Shown here piece after piece: positions 1-8,430 of a stretch of 32,000 nt of DNA (position 1 is its first letter; each line of letters begins with the position of its first letter). The stretch comes from a bacterium. GTDB lineage: Bacteria; UBP7; UBA6624; JBBIMK01. The notes beneath the pieces were generated by a model. That model did not search any database and was not told where the DNA came from. It saw only the letters and a list, made by a program, of their open reading frames with translations. The translations under genes and the position numbers were made by a program. Location of the stretch: the NCBI GenBank assembly GCA_037444445.1, contig JBBIMK010000022.1, forward strand, positions 1 through 32,000, in the 5' to 3' direction.

Positions 1-95
1 GTAGATTACCCGACATCCCCACTGGCTTTGACTGGTCATTCCTGAATGCTGGCGGGATAGGTGGCGTTCCCGGTGCTGGTGGCGGGTTTGAATCC

Positions 96-1316
96 ATGTC
101 CGGCGGCTCTTCTTCCGCTTGCAGCGACTATTTTTCACTGGAAGAGTGGATAGACACTACTCAAAGCGATGGGCAGCCGCCAGTAATATCCAATGTAACC
201 CCTACGGATGGAAGCACTCTTACAGGTCCTTTTATTTTCTCTGCAACAGTAGTAGACCAGAGCGAACTCTGCTTTGTGGTCATTACTGACACCTGGGCGG
301 GAATTTTTTACTATGGTCAGGAGGTATACGACCCGATTACCCATACATTCGCTATTCCATTCACCCGCCAATGGATGTTAGCTAATGGCTCTCGTCCAGT
401 AATTTTATTGGCGTTTGATAAAGGAGGGAACTCTGCCCAGGCAGATGTGACTTACACCATTTCTGCACCTGAACCTGCTCAACTTTATAATACACTCACT
501 CAGTTGCGTTCCTATTTGCTGGGCCAGGATTCCACGCAAGAGGAGATAAACCTGGATAATGCTCTTATGGATTATTTGGATACTCTAAACAACTTTGGAC
601 AACATCGGCCTCAAGATTTACTAGGTGCGGTCCAGAATCTGAAATCCAAACTATCTCCAAGGCAACCCTTATATTCTGAGTTATCCAGTTTAGAATCTTC
701 ACTTTCATTCACCACTGATGGAGCACAGATTGGATGCTGCGACGAGGAAATCTGGCCCTATATTGACCTGGATGGGGCCCTGGCAATCAACTCAGCCTAC
801 ACACCGGAAATAGGAAACGCAACCACAGAAAGGATTCTGGATTTAGCTCGCGCCCAAACAGAAACAGGCTGGACGAGAGCCATCCTCGGTCTAATGGAAC
901 AGTGGGCTTTTGGCAGCGCCCAAGACGGCACTACGCATCCTATTTTTCGCATAACGACACAGCAAACAGCTAAATATATAAAAGCAGCGATAGACTGCCC
1001 ATTTTACGGAAATCCACAGGAGTGTGATTGGTACGACATTGTTTGTGGTTGTATTTCTACATGGGGAATGGCCGGCGGGGTGGGAACCGCGGCTGGGACT
1101 ATCGGTAAGGCAATCATAACAGGTGGAAAATTTGCAGCAAGAGCATTTTGGCCGGCGGCCGCAGTAGGAGGAGGACTTGCGCTGATCTGCATGCTGCTCA
1201 ATTATTTGGCGCTCTGTGACTACGAATCGCCCCCTACCGAGTATAGTCCTGGTATCCCTGTTCCCTGCCCTGACTGCGATCGTGAATACAGCATTCCTTA
1301 CTTATCGATACCATAG
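96..1316 (+). CDS. Hypothetical membrane-anchored protein with an N-terminal Ig-like region, a helical middle, a Cys-rich segment and a C-terminal glycine-zipper transmembrane hairpin. Possibly 5'-truncated by the window edge.
   Basis: 406-aa ORF from ATG 96. My codon-by-codon reading shows the same frame has no stop back to position 3, so the true start may lie upstream. The N-terminus (ISNVTPTDGSTLTG...FDKGGNSAQADVTYTI) resembles bacterial Ig-like modules. The C-terminus (WGMAGGVGTAAGTIGKAIITGG...AAAVGGGLALICMLLNYLALC) forms two Gly/Ala-rich hydrophobic helices. I recognise no family. Confidence 0.6.
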   Translation: MSGGSSSACSDYFSLEEWIDTTQSDGQPPVISNVTPTDGSTLTGPFIFSATVVDQSELCFVVITDTWAGIFYYGQEVYDPITHTFAIPFTRQWMLANGSRPVILLAFDKGGNSAQADVTYTISAPEPAQLYNTLTQLRSYLLGQDSTQEEINLDNALMDYLDTLNNFGQHRPQDLLGAVQNLKSKLSPRQPLYSELSSLESSLSFTTDGAQIGCCDEEIWPYIDLDGALAINSAYTPEIGNATTERILDLARAQTETGWTRAILGLMEQWAFGSAQDGTTHPIFRITTQQTAKYIKAAIDCPFYGNPQECDWYDIVCGCISTWGMAGGVGTAAGTIGKAIITGGKFAARAFWPAAAVGGGLALICMLLNYLALCDYESPPTEYSPGIPVPCPDCDREYSIPYLSIP

Positions 1317-1374
1317 TGGACGAAAACTTGTGTTATGTAAGTGAAATAGTATCGGTGTATAAGGGGCCTCGCTC

Positions 1375-2199
1375 ATGATAATCGAGGAGTTTTTCATCCA
1401 GACACCCACTCCAATTCATATACGGGAAAATAGCATGTTCTGGTCAATCATAGCAGTTCTTTTCTTGCTTGGTCTGGCGCTATGGGCGGTGGGTTGCAAC
1501 TATTTTTCTCAGCCCTTTACCCCGCGTTCTTCCAAATGGCTACCTGCCTCATTCCATCCTGAAAACTGGACGCTTGTTGAAAAATTGTTCTTCTTGTCCT
1601 TCAATTCTCCACTCTACTCAGCCGGATATTTGTGGATAGTGTTCATAGTGACTGGGGTGTTATTCCCCGAGCAACTTGATGGTCAGAACGTTGAAAAGGT
1701 TATGGAATATGTAGGCGTCGTTTTCGTAATTACCAATTTGGCAATGCCCTGGTTAGTTGGTTTTTCCCTTGAAAATCTGAAAAGGCCTTTGCACTCTGCC
1801 ATCCCCTCTCCTTTTCCTTTCGCGACTCTTTTGAGCCTGTGCGTATTCACCTGGAGCGTTTACTTCGTAGGTAAGCATACGGATATTACACTGCAGAGGT
1901 CGCTCCTCATTGGAGCCATTCTATGCTTTTTATGGGCTTTTGTTCTGGCCATGATCGTAAAGAATTTTCTCGTTGAGATAGCAAGAGACCTTCCCAAATT
2001 GCCTAATTCTATCGCTGGCATGTTATTCATCATTCTTTTATTCGGAGCCTTCTTCTTGGTTACAGTAAGTTTCAAAATAGTCAGTTTTATTCCATTTTGG
2101 TCCCTCACAGTGGTCAATTTTGGGTTCACATTTCCTGTGCTCTTAAACAGTCTATATCAATCCTATCTGCAAGCATCTGCAAAGCGAGAAAAAATGTGA
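1375..2199 (+). CDS. Hypothetical polytopic inner-membrane protein with about 6-7 predicted TM helices
   Basis: 274-aa ORF lying 58 nt downstream of the previous gene on the same strand. Hydrophobic segments recur throughout (IIAVLFLLGLALWAVG, YLWIVFIVTGVLF, VGVVFVITNLAMPWLVGF, LLIGAILCFLWAFVLAMIV, MLFIILLFGAFFLVTV and others). An alternative start is ATG 1435. No recognisable motif. Confidence 0.6.
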   Translation: MIIEEFFIQTPTPIHIRENSMFWSIIAVLFLLGLALWAVGCNYFSQPFTPRSSKWLPASFHPENWTLVEKLFFLSFNSPLYSAGYLWIVFIVTGVLFPEQLDGQNVEKVMEYVGVVFVITNLAMPWLVGFSLENLKRPLHSAIPSPFPFATLLSLCVFTWSVYFVGKHTDITLQRSLLIGAILCFLWAFVLAMIVKNFLVEIARDLPKLPNSIAGMLFIILLFGAFFLVTVSFKIVSFIPFWSLTVVNFGFTFPVLLNSLYQSYLQASAKREKM

Positions 2200-2303
2200 T
2201 GGGGAAACTCCGGGGCCAGCATTTCTTTTAAGCCCTTTTTCTGTTCTTGAGCGAGGCTCGGGGTTCCGAGCCGGGTTCGGGACTTCTCTACCTCATCTCA
2301 CAC

Positions 2304-2330
2304 CTGAAGTTTTTGGGGGCTGACCCCGGA
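2304..2330. repeat. Degenerate REP-like element (relic copy)
   Basis: CTGAAGTTTTTGGGGGCTGACCCCGGA is related to the CTGAGATTTTGGGGTCTGACCCCA consensus. One core substitution (T to G) breaks the palindrome and the arms are not conserved. It lies in the convergent intergenic region. Confidence 0.4.
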
Positions 2331-2358
2331 AATGCTCCTTCCACTGACTTCATAAAAT

Positions 2359-3462
2359 CTAAAGGGCGGTAAAGAGAGTGTCTATATCCGATGGCTCAAT
2401 GACGAAATGGGGGGAAAAGCGAATCCATCCATCCCGAAGGGAGCAGAAGATGCCCTTCTCTTGCAGGCTTTGATAAACCGCTTCTGCGGATGGGTGAGAG
2501 GGGCGAGCGGAAAGGATTCCCGATGTAGTTTTCCCCGCCCCACCCGTTAGAATCTCCCATCCTCTTTGCATCAAGCCATTCTGAAGATGCTGGGTGAGGG
2601 ATAAAATCAGTCTCTCCCGCTCTTCCGGGGCTGTCTGGAGCAAGAAGGAAAGGCTTTCGTGCATGCCATAGAAGCCGGGGAGGTTACGGGTTCCCGCCTC
2701 AAAGCGGGCGGCACTGGGTTTCCAGGCGCGTAAGCCACCGAGGTTGGAAAAACTTGCCCACGGGACGCTGAGCCAGCCGAGGAGGGCTGGCTTCAGATGA
2801 GGTAAAATCTCCCGCCGAATATATAAAAAACCCGTTCCCTTTGGCGAAAGGAGCCACTTTCCCCCGCCGGAGGCAAAGAAGTCAACTCCAGCAGAGCGGA
2901 TGTCCAGATTTAGAGCCCCCACACCCTGCATCGCGTCCACCACAAAGAAAATCCCCCTTTCCCTGCATACCTTTCCAATGACTTCCAGGTCCACACGATA
3001 GCCGGTTAAAAAATGAACCCAATCCACCGTGATGGCTCGGGTTTTGGAGTCCACTTTTTCTAAGATTGCCTCCTCCAGCCCGGGTGCATAAAGATGGTCC
3101 ACAAACCTCAGTTCCACCTGCCCCTGAAGCACCAGCCAGGGATACAGGTTAGATGGAAAGGAGGAGCGAGGAAGGATGAGGTTGTCACCCTCCTCCCAGG
3201 GGATGGAAGTCAGGGCGATATGGAGGCCGGTGGTAGTATTGGGAGTGAGGGCAATTTCATCTTCATCAGCGGAAATGAGGGTTGCCAGCATTTTCCTCAC
3301 GGAGCCTAATTGGGCTTCCCACTCTTCCTTGGGCACCTCTCCGATTTCAGAAGTGCGTAGCAGGTGCTGATGAACGGCTTGAAGCGTCCTGCGGGAGAGA
3401 AGCCCCGTGGATGCGAAATTCAAGTATACCTGCCCCGGGGGAAATAAAAAATCCCCCTTCAT
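2359..3462 (-). CDS. Class V PLP-dependent aminotransferase, cysteine desulfurase-like fold
   Basis: 367-aa ORF. The N-terminal VYLNFASTG, the VVDAMQGVG segment and the SGGGKWLLSPKGTGFLYIRRE segment (candidate PLP lysine) fit the aminotransferase class V layout. AAGGAG RBS about 13 nt upstream of the ATG. Confidence 0.8.
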   Translation of the reverse strand: MKGDFLFPPGQVYLNFASTGLLSRRTLQAVHQHLLRTSEIGEVPKEEWEAQLGSVRKMLATLISADEDEIALTPNTTTGLHIALTSIPWEEGDNLILPRSSFPSNLYPWLVLQGQVELRFVDHLYAPGLEEAILEKVDSKTRAITVDWVHFLTGYRVDLEVIGKVCRERGIFFVVDAMQGVGALNLDIRSAGVDFFASGGGKWLLSPKGTGFLYIRREILPHLKPALLGWLSVPWASFSNLGGLRAWKPSAARFEAGTRNLPGFYGMHESLSFLLQTAPEERERLILSLTQHLQNGLMQRGWEILTGGAGKTTSGILSARPSHPSAEAVYQSLQEKGIFCSLRDGWIRFSPHFVIEPSDIDTLFTAL

Positions 3463-3596
3463 AAAAAGGACATCTCCTTACAGTACAAACCCATCACACA
3501 ATAAGAAGCGAGGAGTAAGAGAATGGGAAGGAGTGGAGACGGTAAAATCTCCTGCCATAAACCACCCTCCATTTACCGCTACTTATGAGCATTTCA

Positions 3597-4109
3597 CTAC
3601 CCATAATAGAGGTGGCATTGAGCCTTATGCTTTTTACACCTGGCGTTAAAGCGGTAGTAGTGCCCTCGCCAGCGGAAGGTGAGAGTTCCATCTCCGTTGT
3701 GGGCGAGATGGGACTCTTCCCCATTATTATCCCCTATACCGACGATGAAAAGAAGGGGAGAATGGGAGTCGTTGCGGAACCATTCCAGGTCAGCCTCTGA
3801 AGGGCCCCAGGACTTTTGCCCGTTGACTTCCGGGTGGGAATGGTAGAAGCCGAGGAAGCGGAGGTGAAGGGTTTCAGCAAGCGTCCTCGTCCGGCGATAT
3901 GCCCGCTTCTCCTCGGTGAAGGTGAACCAGGTTCGCTTTCGCTGCCCTCCTTTATACGCCCTTGCGGCAATAACCCGATACCCAGCGCCTTTCACCCACC
4001 GTCCAAACAGCATTCCTACACGCTCTTCCTTATATTTCGCACAATACCCCCGTCGGGAATGAAGGGCAATTTTATCCAGAATCCCCGGGGCGAAAAAAAT
4101 TCGGCACAT
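3597..4109 (-). CDS. JAMM/MPN+ (Mov34/PAD-1 family) zinc metalloprotease
   Basis: 170-aa ORF. A JAMM-type motif is visible: the Glu in EERVGMLFG, then HSHPEVNGQKSWGPSEAD (H-x-H ... S-x-x-D, with a spacer slightly longer than canonical). GGAGG RBS upstream of the ATG at 4109. Confidence 0.75.
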   Translation of the reverse strand: MCRIFFAPGILDKIALHSRRGYCAKYKEERVGMLFGRWVKGAGYRVIAARAYKGGQRKRTWFTFTEEKRAYRRTRTLAETLHLRFLGFYHSHPEVNGQKSWGPSEADLEWFRNDSHSPLLFIVGIGDNNGEESHLAHNGDGTLTFRWRGHYYRFNARCKKHKAQCHLYYG

Positions 4110-4244
4110 CTCTCTCCCTCCTCACTACCCCTTATTTTACCACTGGAAGTCAAAGCAGGGTAGAAGGATGCTTTCAAGATACAGGCAGAGACTCGGAGGC
4201 ATCAGGTTCTCCCCTGCACGGCTTTCCTGTATAATGGAGTCAGG

Positions 4245-4910
4245 ATGGCAGAAGCGGGTATCGCCACTGAGATTCAGGGTTTGACGAAGCGATATGGTGT
4301 TCTCTACGCCCTTCAAAATCTCACAGAGTCGGTGAAGAAGGGGGAATTTATCTGTATTCTGGGTCCCAATGGGGCAGGGAAAACGACTTTATTGAAAATC
4401 CTTTCTACGCTGGCGAAGCCTACCTCTGGAAGAGCCATTATTTTCGGGAATGATGTGGTGGAAGAGCCGGAGAAAGTTCGGGCATCCCTGCGTTACCTCT
4501 CTCACCAGCCGGGGCTGTATGAGGAGTTCACCCCACTGGAAAATCTCTGGTTTTACGGGGGGTTGTACGGGGTGAAGGCTGGCAAAAAGGAGTATAAGCA
4601 AGCCCTGGAAAATTTCGGTCTATCCGCGAGAAGCCAGGACCGGGTCAGGGGCTTCTCCAGAGGGATGAAGCAGAGGCTGGCTCTGGCACGGGTGTTCCTG
4701 GATCCACCGCCTCTCCTCCTCCTGGATGAGCCCTACACAGGGTTGGACTCAGAGGGGGCTCAAATCCTTCAAAAAATGCTGGAGACATATCATCAGAGTG
4801 AAGGGACGGTGCTGATGAGCACTCACCACCCGGAGGGTGAAATCCCACCTTTCTCTCGCGTCTGGCGTCTGGAAAAGGGATGCCTCACCGGCGCCCCCAA
4901 CTCATTATGA
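4245..4910 (+). CDS. ccmA: Heme exporter ATP-binding protein CcmA (ABC ATPase)
   Basis: Walker A GPNGAGKTT, ABC signature FSRGMKQRLALAR and Walker B LLLLDEP. At 221 aa it has the typical CcmA size, and ccmB and ccmC follow immediately. Confidence 0.85.
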   Translation: MAEAGIATEIQGLTKRYGVLYALQNLTESVKKGEFICILGPNGAGKTTLLKILSTLAKPTSGRAIIFGNDVVEEPEKVRASLRYLSHQPGLYEEFTPLENLWFYGGLYGVKAGKKEYKQALENFGLSARSQDRVRGFSRGMKQRLALARVFLDPPPLLLLDEPYTGLDSEGAQILQKMLETYHQSEGTVLMSTHHPEGEIPPFSRVWRLEKGCLTGAPNSL

Positions 4911-4943
4911 GAAAAATACCTGCCACTAACCAGTTGAACCAGT

Positions 4944-5615
4944 ATGTTCCGAATCCTGCGAATCCTGCTGATTAAGGACCTTCTCATGGAGGCACGGGGT
5001 AAGGAAATTCTCGTGGCATCCATCGTTTTTGCCCTTCTCTTCCTCTTTCTGCTTTATTTTGCCCTCCCCATCACTCAATCGCCGATAGAATCCACCAACG
5101 GTGCTTTCTGGGTGGTAGTTTTCTTCGCTTCTACCCTCGCCTTCTCCAGAAGTTTTGCGAAGGAAAGGGACACGGGGTCGCTGGAAACCCTTCTTCTGGC
5201 TCCGGTGGATAGGAGCCTGATTTTCATCTCCAAAGCCCTCTCCAATCTCATCTTTGTGGCGTTCGTCATTACCATCGCCCTGCCTGCATTCGCTATCTTC
5301 TACAACTTTTCTTTTCTTCCCGTGCTTCTTCCGTTCTTAGGTATTGTGACGGTCACCACGGTGGGGCTGGTGACAGCGGGAACCTTTATGGGCACTCTCA
5401 CCATGCAATCCAGAGCCAGGGAAATGCTACTTCTGTTGCTTCTTTTCCCCCTGCTTATCCCGCTGTTTATGGGTGCGGTGAATGCCTCCGCCACGCTCCT
5501 GAAAGCCGGCTCAACGGAGGAAGCCACTTCCACCTGGAGGTGGATTTTCTTCTTCTTTGACCTGTTCCTCCCCGCCCTCATGGTTGTTCTGTTTGACTTC
5601 CTCGTGGAAGAATGA
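4944..5615 (+). CDS. ccmB: Heme exporter permease CcmB
   Basis: 223-aa protein with six hydrophobic segments. The segment FAKERDTGSLETLLLAP matches the conserved CcmB E-x-D-G-[ST]-L-E motif. It sits between ccmA and ccmC. Confidence 0.85.
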   Translation: MFRILRILLIKDLLMEARGKEILVASIVFALLFLFLLYFALPITQSPIESTNGAFWVVVFFASTLAFSRSFAKERDTGSLETLLLAPVDRSLIFISKALSNLIFVAFVITIALPAFAIFYNFSFLPVLLPFLGIVTVTTVGLVTAGTFMGTLTMQSRAREMLLLLLLFPLLIPLFMGAVNASATLLKAGSTEEATSTWRWIFFFFDLFLPALMVVLFDFLVEE

Positions 5616-5679
5616 GAAAAGAGCGGGAAGAGAGGGGGGAGAAAAAGGGTAGAATAAAAGAAGGGAAGGTGAAAAACAG

Positions 5680-6357
5680 ATGAAATCACACGCCATCGGG
5701 TATGTGGTGGCAGGGATTTTCGCCCTGCTCAGTCTTTTACTTTTTCCTTTTGCTTTTTATCAGTCGCTGGTGAAAGCCCCGCCGGAAGCCACTATGGGTC
5801 ATGCCATGCGCATCTTTTACATCCACTTTCCCATGGCAATCCTCACCTTCACCGGCTACGGCGCCTGCGCTCTTTTTTCTTTTGTCTATCTATGGAAGCG
5901 AACCCCTGAACTGGATGTTCTGGCTGTGGCGGGTGCAGAAGTGGGCGTGCTGTTTAACACCCTCGTCCTCGCCACAGGTATGATATGGGCAAAATACGCC
6001 TGGGGAACCTGGTGGACCTGGGATCCGCGTCTGACTGCCACCTTCATCCTCTGGTTTTTATTCATCGGCTATCACCTGTTAAGGGCGAGCCTGGAAAACC
6101 CGGAGGTTCGGGCGCGATTCTCCGCCGTCCTCGCTATTCTCGCCACCCTGGACATTCCCATCATCTTCCTATCCGTCCGCATCTGGCGCGGAATCCACCC
6201 CAATGTCCTTCAGGGTCCCAATAAAATTCAGATGGAGCCTGCAATGATTCAAGCCTGGTTGACTTCTCTTCTTGCCTTCTGGATTTTTGGGCTGGCTATT
6301 CTCATCTTTCGCTCCCTGCTCGGACTTCAGGAATTGCAAAGAAAACCTGTTCCTTAA
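5680..6357 (+). CDS. ccmC: Heme exporter / heme-handling protein CcmC
   Basis: WWD signature WGTWWTWDPRLTATF, flanking conserved His residues (IFYIHFPMA and WRGIHPNV), 225 aa. GAAGGTGA RBS upstream. Confidence 0.9.
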   Translation: MKSHAIGYVVAGIFALLSLLLFPFAFYQSLVKAPPEATMGHAMRIFYIHFPMAILTFTGYGACALFSFVYLWKRTPELDVLAVAGAEVGVLFNTLVLATGMIWAKYAWGTWWTWDPRLTATFILWFLFIGYHLLRASLENPEVRARFSAVLAILATLDIPIIFLSVRIWRGIHPNVLQGPNKIQMEPAMIQAWLTSLLAFWIFGLAILIFRSLLGLQELQRKPVP

Positions 6358-6373
6358 AAGGAGGAGGAAAGAA

Positions 6374-6499
6374 ATGGACCCTGCCGTGGTCAAGCAACTC
6401 CGCTTTTTAACCTGGGCTTATAGTCTTGTCTGGAGTGTTCTGGCTGTTTATCTCCTCTACCTGACTTACCGGTTATTTCAGAAGAGAGGAGGTTCGTAG
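6374..6499 (+). CDS. ccmD: Small single-TM protein, probable heme exporter protein CcmD
   Basis: ATG 6374 follows AGGAGGAGGAAAG (RBS), 16 nt after the ccmC stop. The 41-aa product MDPAVVKQLRFLTWAYSLVWSVLAVYLLYLTYRLFQKRGGS has one TM helix with a basic tail. Position and size fit CcmD. The 75-aa version in the ORF track (from 6272) overlaps ccmC and is less likely. Confidence 0.55.
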   Translation: MDPAVVKQLRFLTWAYSLVWSVLAVYLLYLTYRLFQKRGGS

Positions 6500-6521
6500 C
6501 CACACCATTTTCCTGAGGGTA

Positions 6522-8414
6522 ATGCCTGACCTCAGAAGGTTATCCATCCTGCTTTTCTTCTTTCATCTTGTTTCCACCGCTTACTTTACCCAGAAGCCTT
6601 TAGATTATTTTTCCGGTGGTTGGAACCAGAAGAGCCGGTTCAATCTGGTTCGCGCCCTCGTAGAGCAGAAGACAGTTTCCATTGACGCTTACCATCTGAA
6701 CACGGGGGATAAATCTTACAGAGATGGGCATTACTATTCCGATAAAGCCCCCGGGCTTTCTGTTATAGCCTACCCCTTCTATCTTCCAATCTACTGGATA
6801 GAGCGGACATTTTTTCCGGGGGAATTGCAGAAGAACGACCCCCCCAGTGGCTTCAATCTCTGGTGGGTGACATTCTGGACGGTGATGCTTCCCTCCTCCC
6901 TTCTCGTGGTGGTTCTCTTCCGCCTCACATACCGGATCACTGGCAATCTCAGGGGGGCGTTCTGGACCGCCTTCGTCTACGGATTCGGAACACTGGCGTT
7001 TCCGTTCTCCTCCATTTTTGTGGGGCATCAGCCCGCCGGCGCCTTCGCTTTCTTCGCCTTCGCCTCCGCTTATTATGCCTTTACATCCGATTCTCGGTGG
7101 CGCCTCCTGCTATCGGGCTTCCTCGCCGGCCTCGCCATTGCGATAGAATTCCCCCTGACTCTTTTCTTCCTCCTCCTGCTGGGCTACATCGGTTTGAAAG
7201 CATTCAGGGAAAAATCTTCCCCCCTATCCACCACGCTACTTTATCTCGCCGGCAGTGTGCCCGTTGCCATCTTTCTATTGACTTATAACGCAGTGGCTTT
7301 TGGAAATCCCTTTCATATTTCCTATGAATATGTGGCAAGGCCGGAATTTGCGACGGGGCAGGCAGGAGGGTTCTTTGGCTTCCACCTCCCCCGGTGGAAG
7401 ACCTTCCTTCATCTTCTGATAGGACCCTATCGGGGTCTTTTCTTCTTCTCCCCCGTTCTCCTCTCCTCCTTTGCCGGCATATATAGGGGAATCAAAAAAC
7501 GAACAGCCATCGCCGAAATCCTGTTTTGCTTCTCCTATTTTTTCCTCACCCTTCTACTCAATTCCGGGTATTACGCATGGGAAGGTGGGAACTTAATCGG
7601 TCCCCGGCATCTCGTGGTTTCACTCCCTTTTCTGTCAGCCTGCATATCATTTTACTTTACAGAAAGAATCAGTCCCGCTTTTTTCTTTCTCTTTCTCCTT
7701 TCCTTCCTGAATATGACTGCCCTGCGCCTGGCAGAGATATTTCCCGAAGCCTATTACAATCCCTTATGGGATGTGGCGTATAAAGGGCTTTTCCAGGGGG
7801 AGGCGATGCCGATAATTATCCCGGCGCTGAAGGGCTTTACCGCTATTCTTCCTTTGCTTGCCCTCCTGCTGATGATGTTTCAATTTCTTCACCGAGAGCA
7901 TCTGCTCCAATTCTCTGATTTTGCAGGTGTGGCGGTGTCTACTGAAACCTTTTATGCCATCCTGTATGTTCTTTACGGAGTCTTCCTCCTGAACCAGTCT
8001 TCGCTGTATCCTGCCCAATACCGGATACACACAGGGATTCGTTGGGTCAACGAGAAAATGTTTGAGGCAGGGTTTTTTCAGTCCTACCTGGAGAAATTGG
8101 AGCGAAACCCTGAAGATGTAGAAGCCAATGCAGTGGCGGGTTTATACTATTTTCGGAGGCATGAGTTTCAACAGGCTCTACCGTATTTAGAAAAAGCCTA
8201 TCAGGGTGGAATTCACGACCCCTTCCTCTACCGGATGCTGGCAGGGGTTTATCTGATGCAAAATGAGACAGAAAAAGCCTTGAAAATCCTCCATCAATTT
8301 CTGAAGGATTTCCCCGAGAATCCCGATAGAGGGGAGGTGGAAGGGCTGATTCAACGCCTCACTTTTAGAACTCCAGCACCGGAGCCGGGTTCAGGAAATA
8401 AAAGCAAAGGATGA
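6522..8414 (+). CDS. Large polytopic membrane protein, possibly a GT-C-type (ArnT/PMT_2-like) glycosyltransferase, with C-terminal TPR repeats
   Basis: 630 aa with more than 10 hydrophobic segments. The first-loop motif HYYSDKAPGLS resembles the acidic D/E-K-P-P loop of GT-C enzymes. The C-terminal 120 aa are TPR-like (AGLYYFRRHEFQQALPYLEKAY...LAGVYLMQNETEKALKILHQFL). No WWD motif, so this is not CcmF. The coding call is strong; the functional call is tentative. Confidence 0.6.
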   Translation: MPDLRRLSILLFFFHLVSTAYFTQKPLDYFSGGWNQKSRFNLVRALVEQKTVSIDAYHLNTGDKSYRDGHYYSDKAPGLSVIAYPFYLPIYWIERTFFPGELQKNDPPSGFNLWWVTFWTVMLPSSLLVVVLFRLTYRITGNLRGAFWTAFVYGFGTLAFPFSSIFVGHQPAGAFAFFAFASAYYAFTSDSRWRLLLSGFLAGLAIAIEFPLTLFFLLLLGYIGLKAFREKSSPLSTTLLYLAGSVPVAIFLLTYNAVAFGNPFHISYEYVARPEFATGQAGGFFGFHLPRWKTFLHLLIGPYRGLFFFSPVLLSSFAGIYRGIKKRTAIAEILFCFSYFFLTLLLNSGYYAWEGGNLIGPRHLVVSLPFLSACISFYFTERISPAFFFLFLLSFLNMTALRLAEIFPEAYYNPLWDVAYKGLFQGEAMPIIIPALKGFTAILPLLALLLMMFQFLHREHLLQFSDFAGVAVSTETFYAILYVLYGVFLLNQSSLYPAQYRIHTGIRWVNEKMFEAGFFQSYLEKLERNPEDVEANAVAGLYYFRRHEFQQALPYLEKAYQGGIHDPFLYRMLAGVYLMQNETEKALKILHQFLKDFPENPDRGEVEGLIQRLTFRTPAPEPGSGNKSKG

Positions 8415-8430
8415 GTGGGGGAGCGCCATA

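Noticed and set aside
2255-2285. GGCTCGG-GGTT-CCGAGCC hairpin followed by GGGTTCGGGA, considered as a tRNA fragment or terminator; the GGTTCGCGCC string near 12137 was considered likewise
   Set aside because: No cloverleaf can be drawn around either site, because acceptor and anticodon arms are missing. The 2255 hairpin lacks a following U-tract on either strand, so I make no call beyond a possible stem-loop.
3494-3724. 76-aa minus-strand ORF between the JAMM and aminotransferase genes, considered as a ubiquitin-like or sulfur-carrier substrate
   Set aside because: It overlaps the 3' end of the JAMM gene out of frame, has no C-terminal diglycine (it ends ...SSLLIV), shows no beta-grasp-like pattern and has no RBS.
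3816-4163. 115-aa plus-strand ORF, with overlapping short ORFs at 3407-3800
   Set aside because: They lie antisense to or overlap the JAMM gene and its flanks. Their composition is Pro/Ser-rich and low in complexity, with no RBS or motifs.
4228-4235. TGTATAAT box 10 nt upstream of the ccmA ATG, considered as the operon promoter
   Set aside because: There is no credible -35. The TG is directly adjacent rather than in the TGnTATAAT arrangement. A start site here would leave out the GGAG RBS at 4236-4239. TATAAT boxes also follow the REP copies upstream of both RayT-like genes (9495-9500 and 18027-18032). These are pattern matches only and too weak to call as features.
6272-6499. 75-aa version of the ccmD-like ORF as listed in the track
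   Set aside because: Its first 34 codons overlap the 3' end of ccmC in another frame. The internal ATG at 6374 has a strong AGGAGG RBS and gives a typical single-TM product of CcmD size.
6522-8414. The possibility that the 630-aa membrane protein after ccmD is CcmF, the heme lyase
   Set aside because: It has no WWD tryptophan-rich motif (WGGxWFWDPVEN-like) and no obvious conserved His quartet. The first-loop HYYSDKAPG motif and the TPR tail fit a GT-C/TPR protein better.
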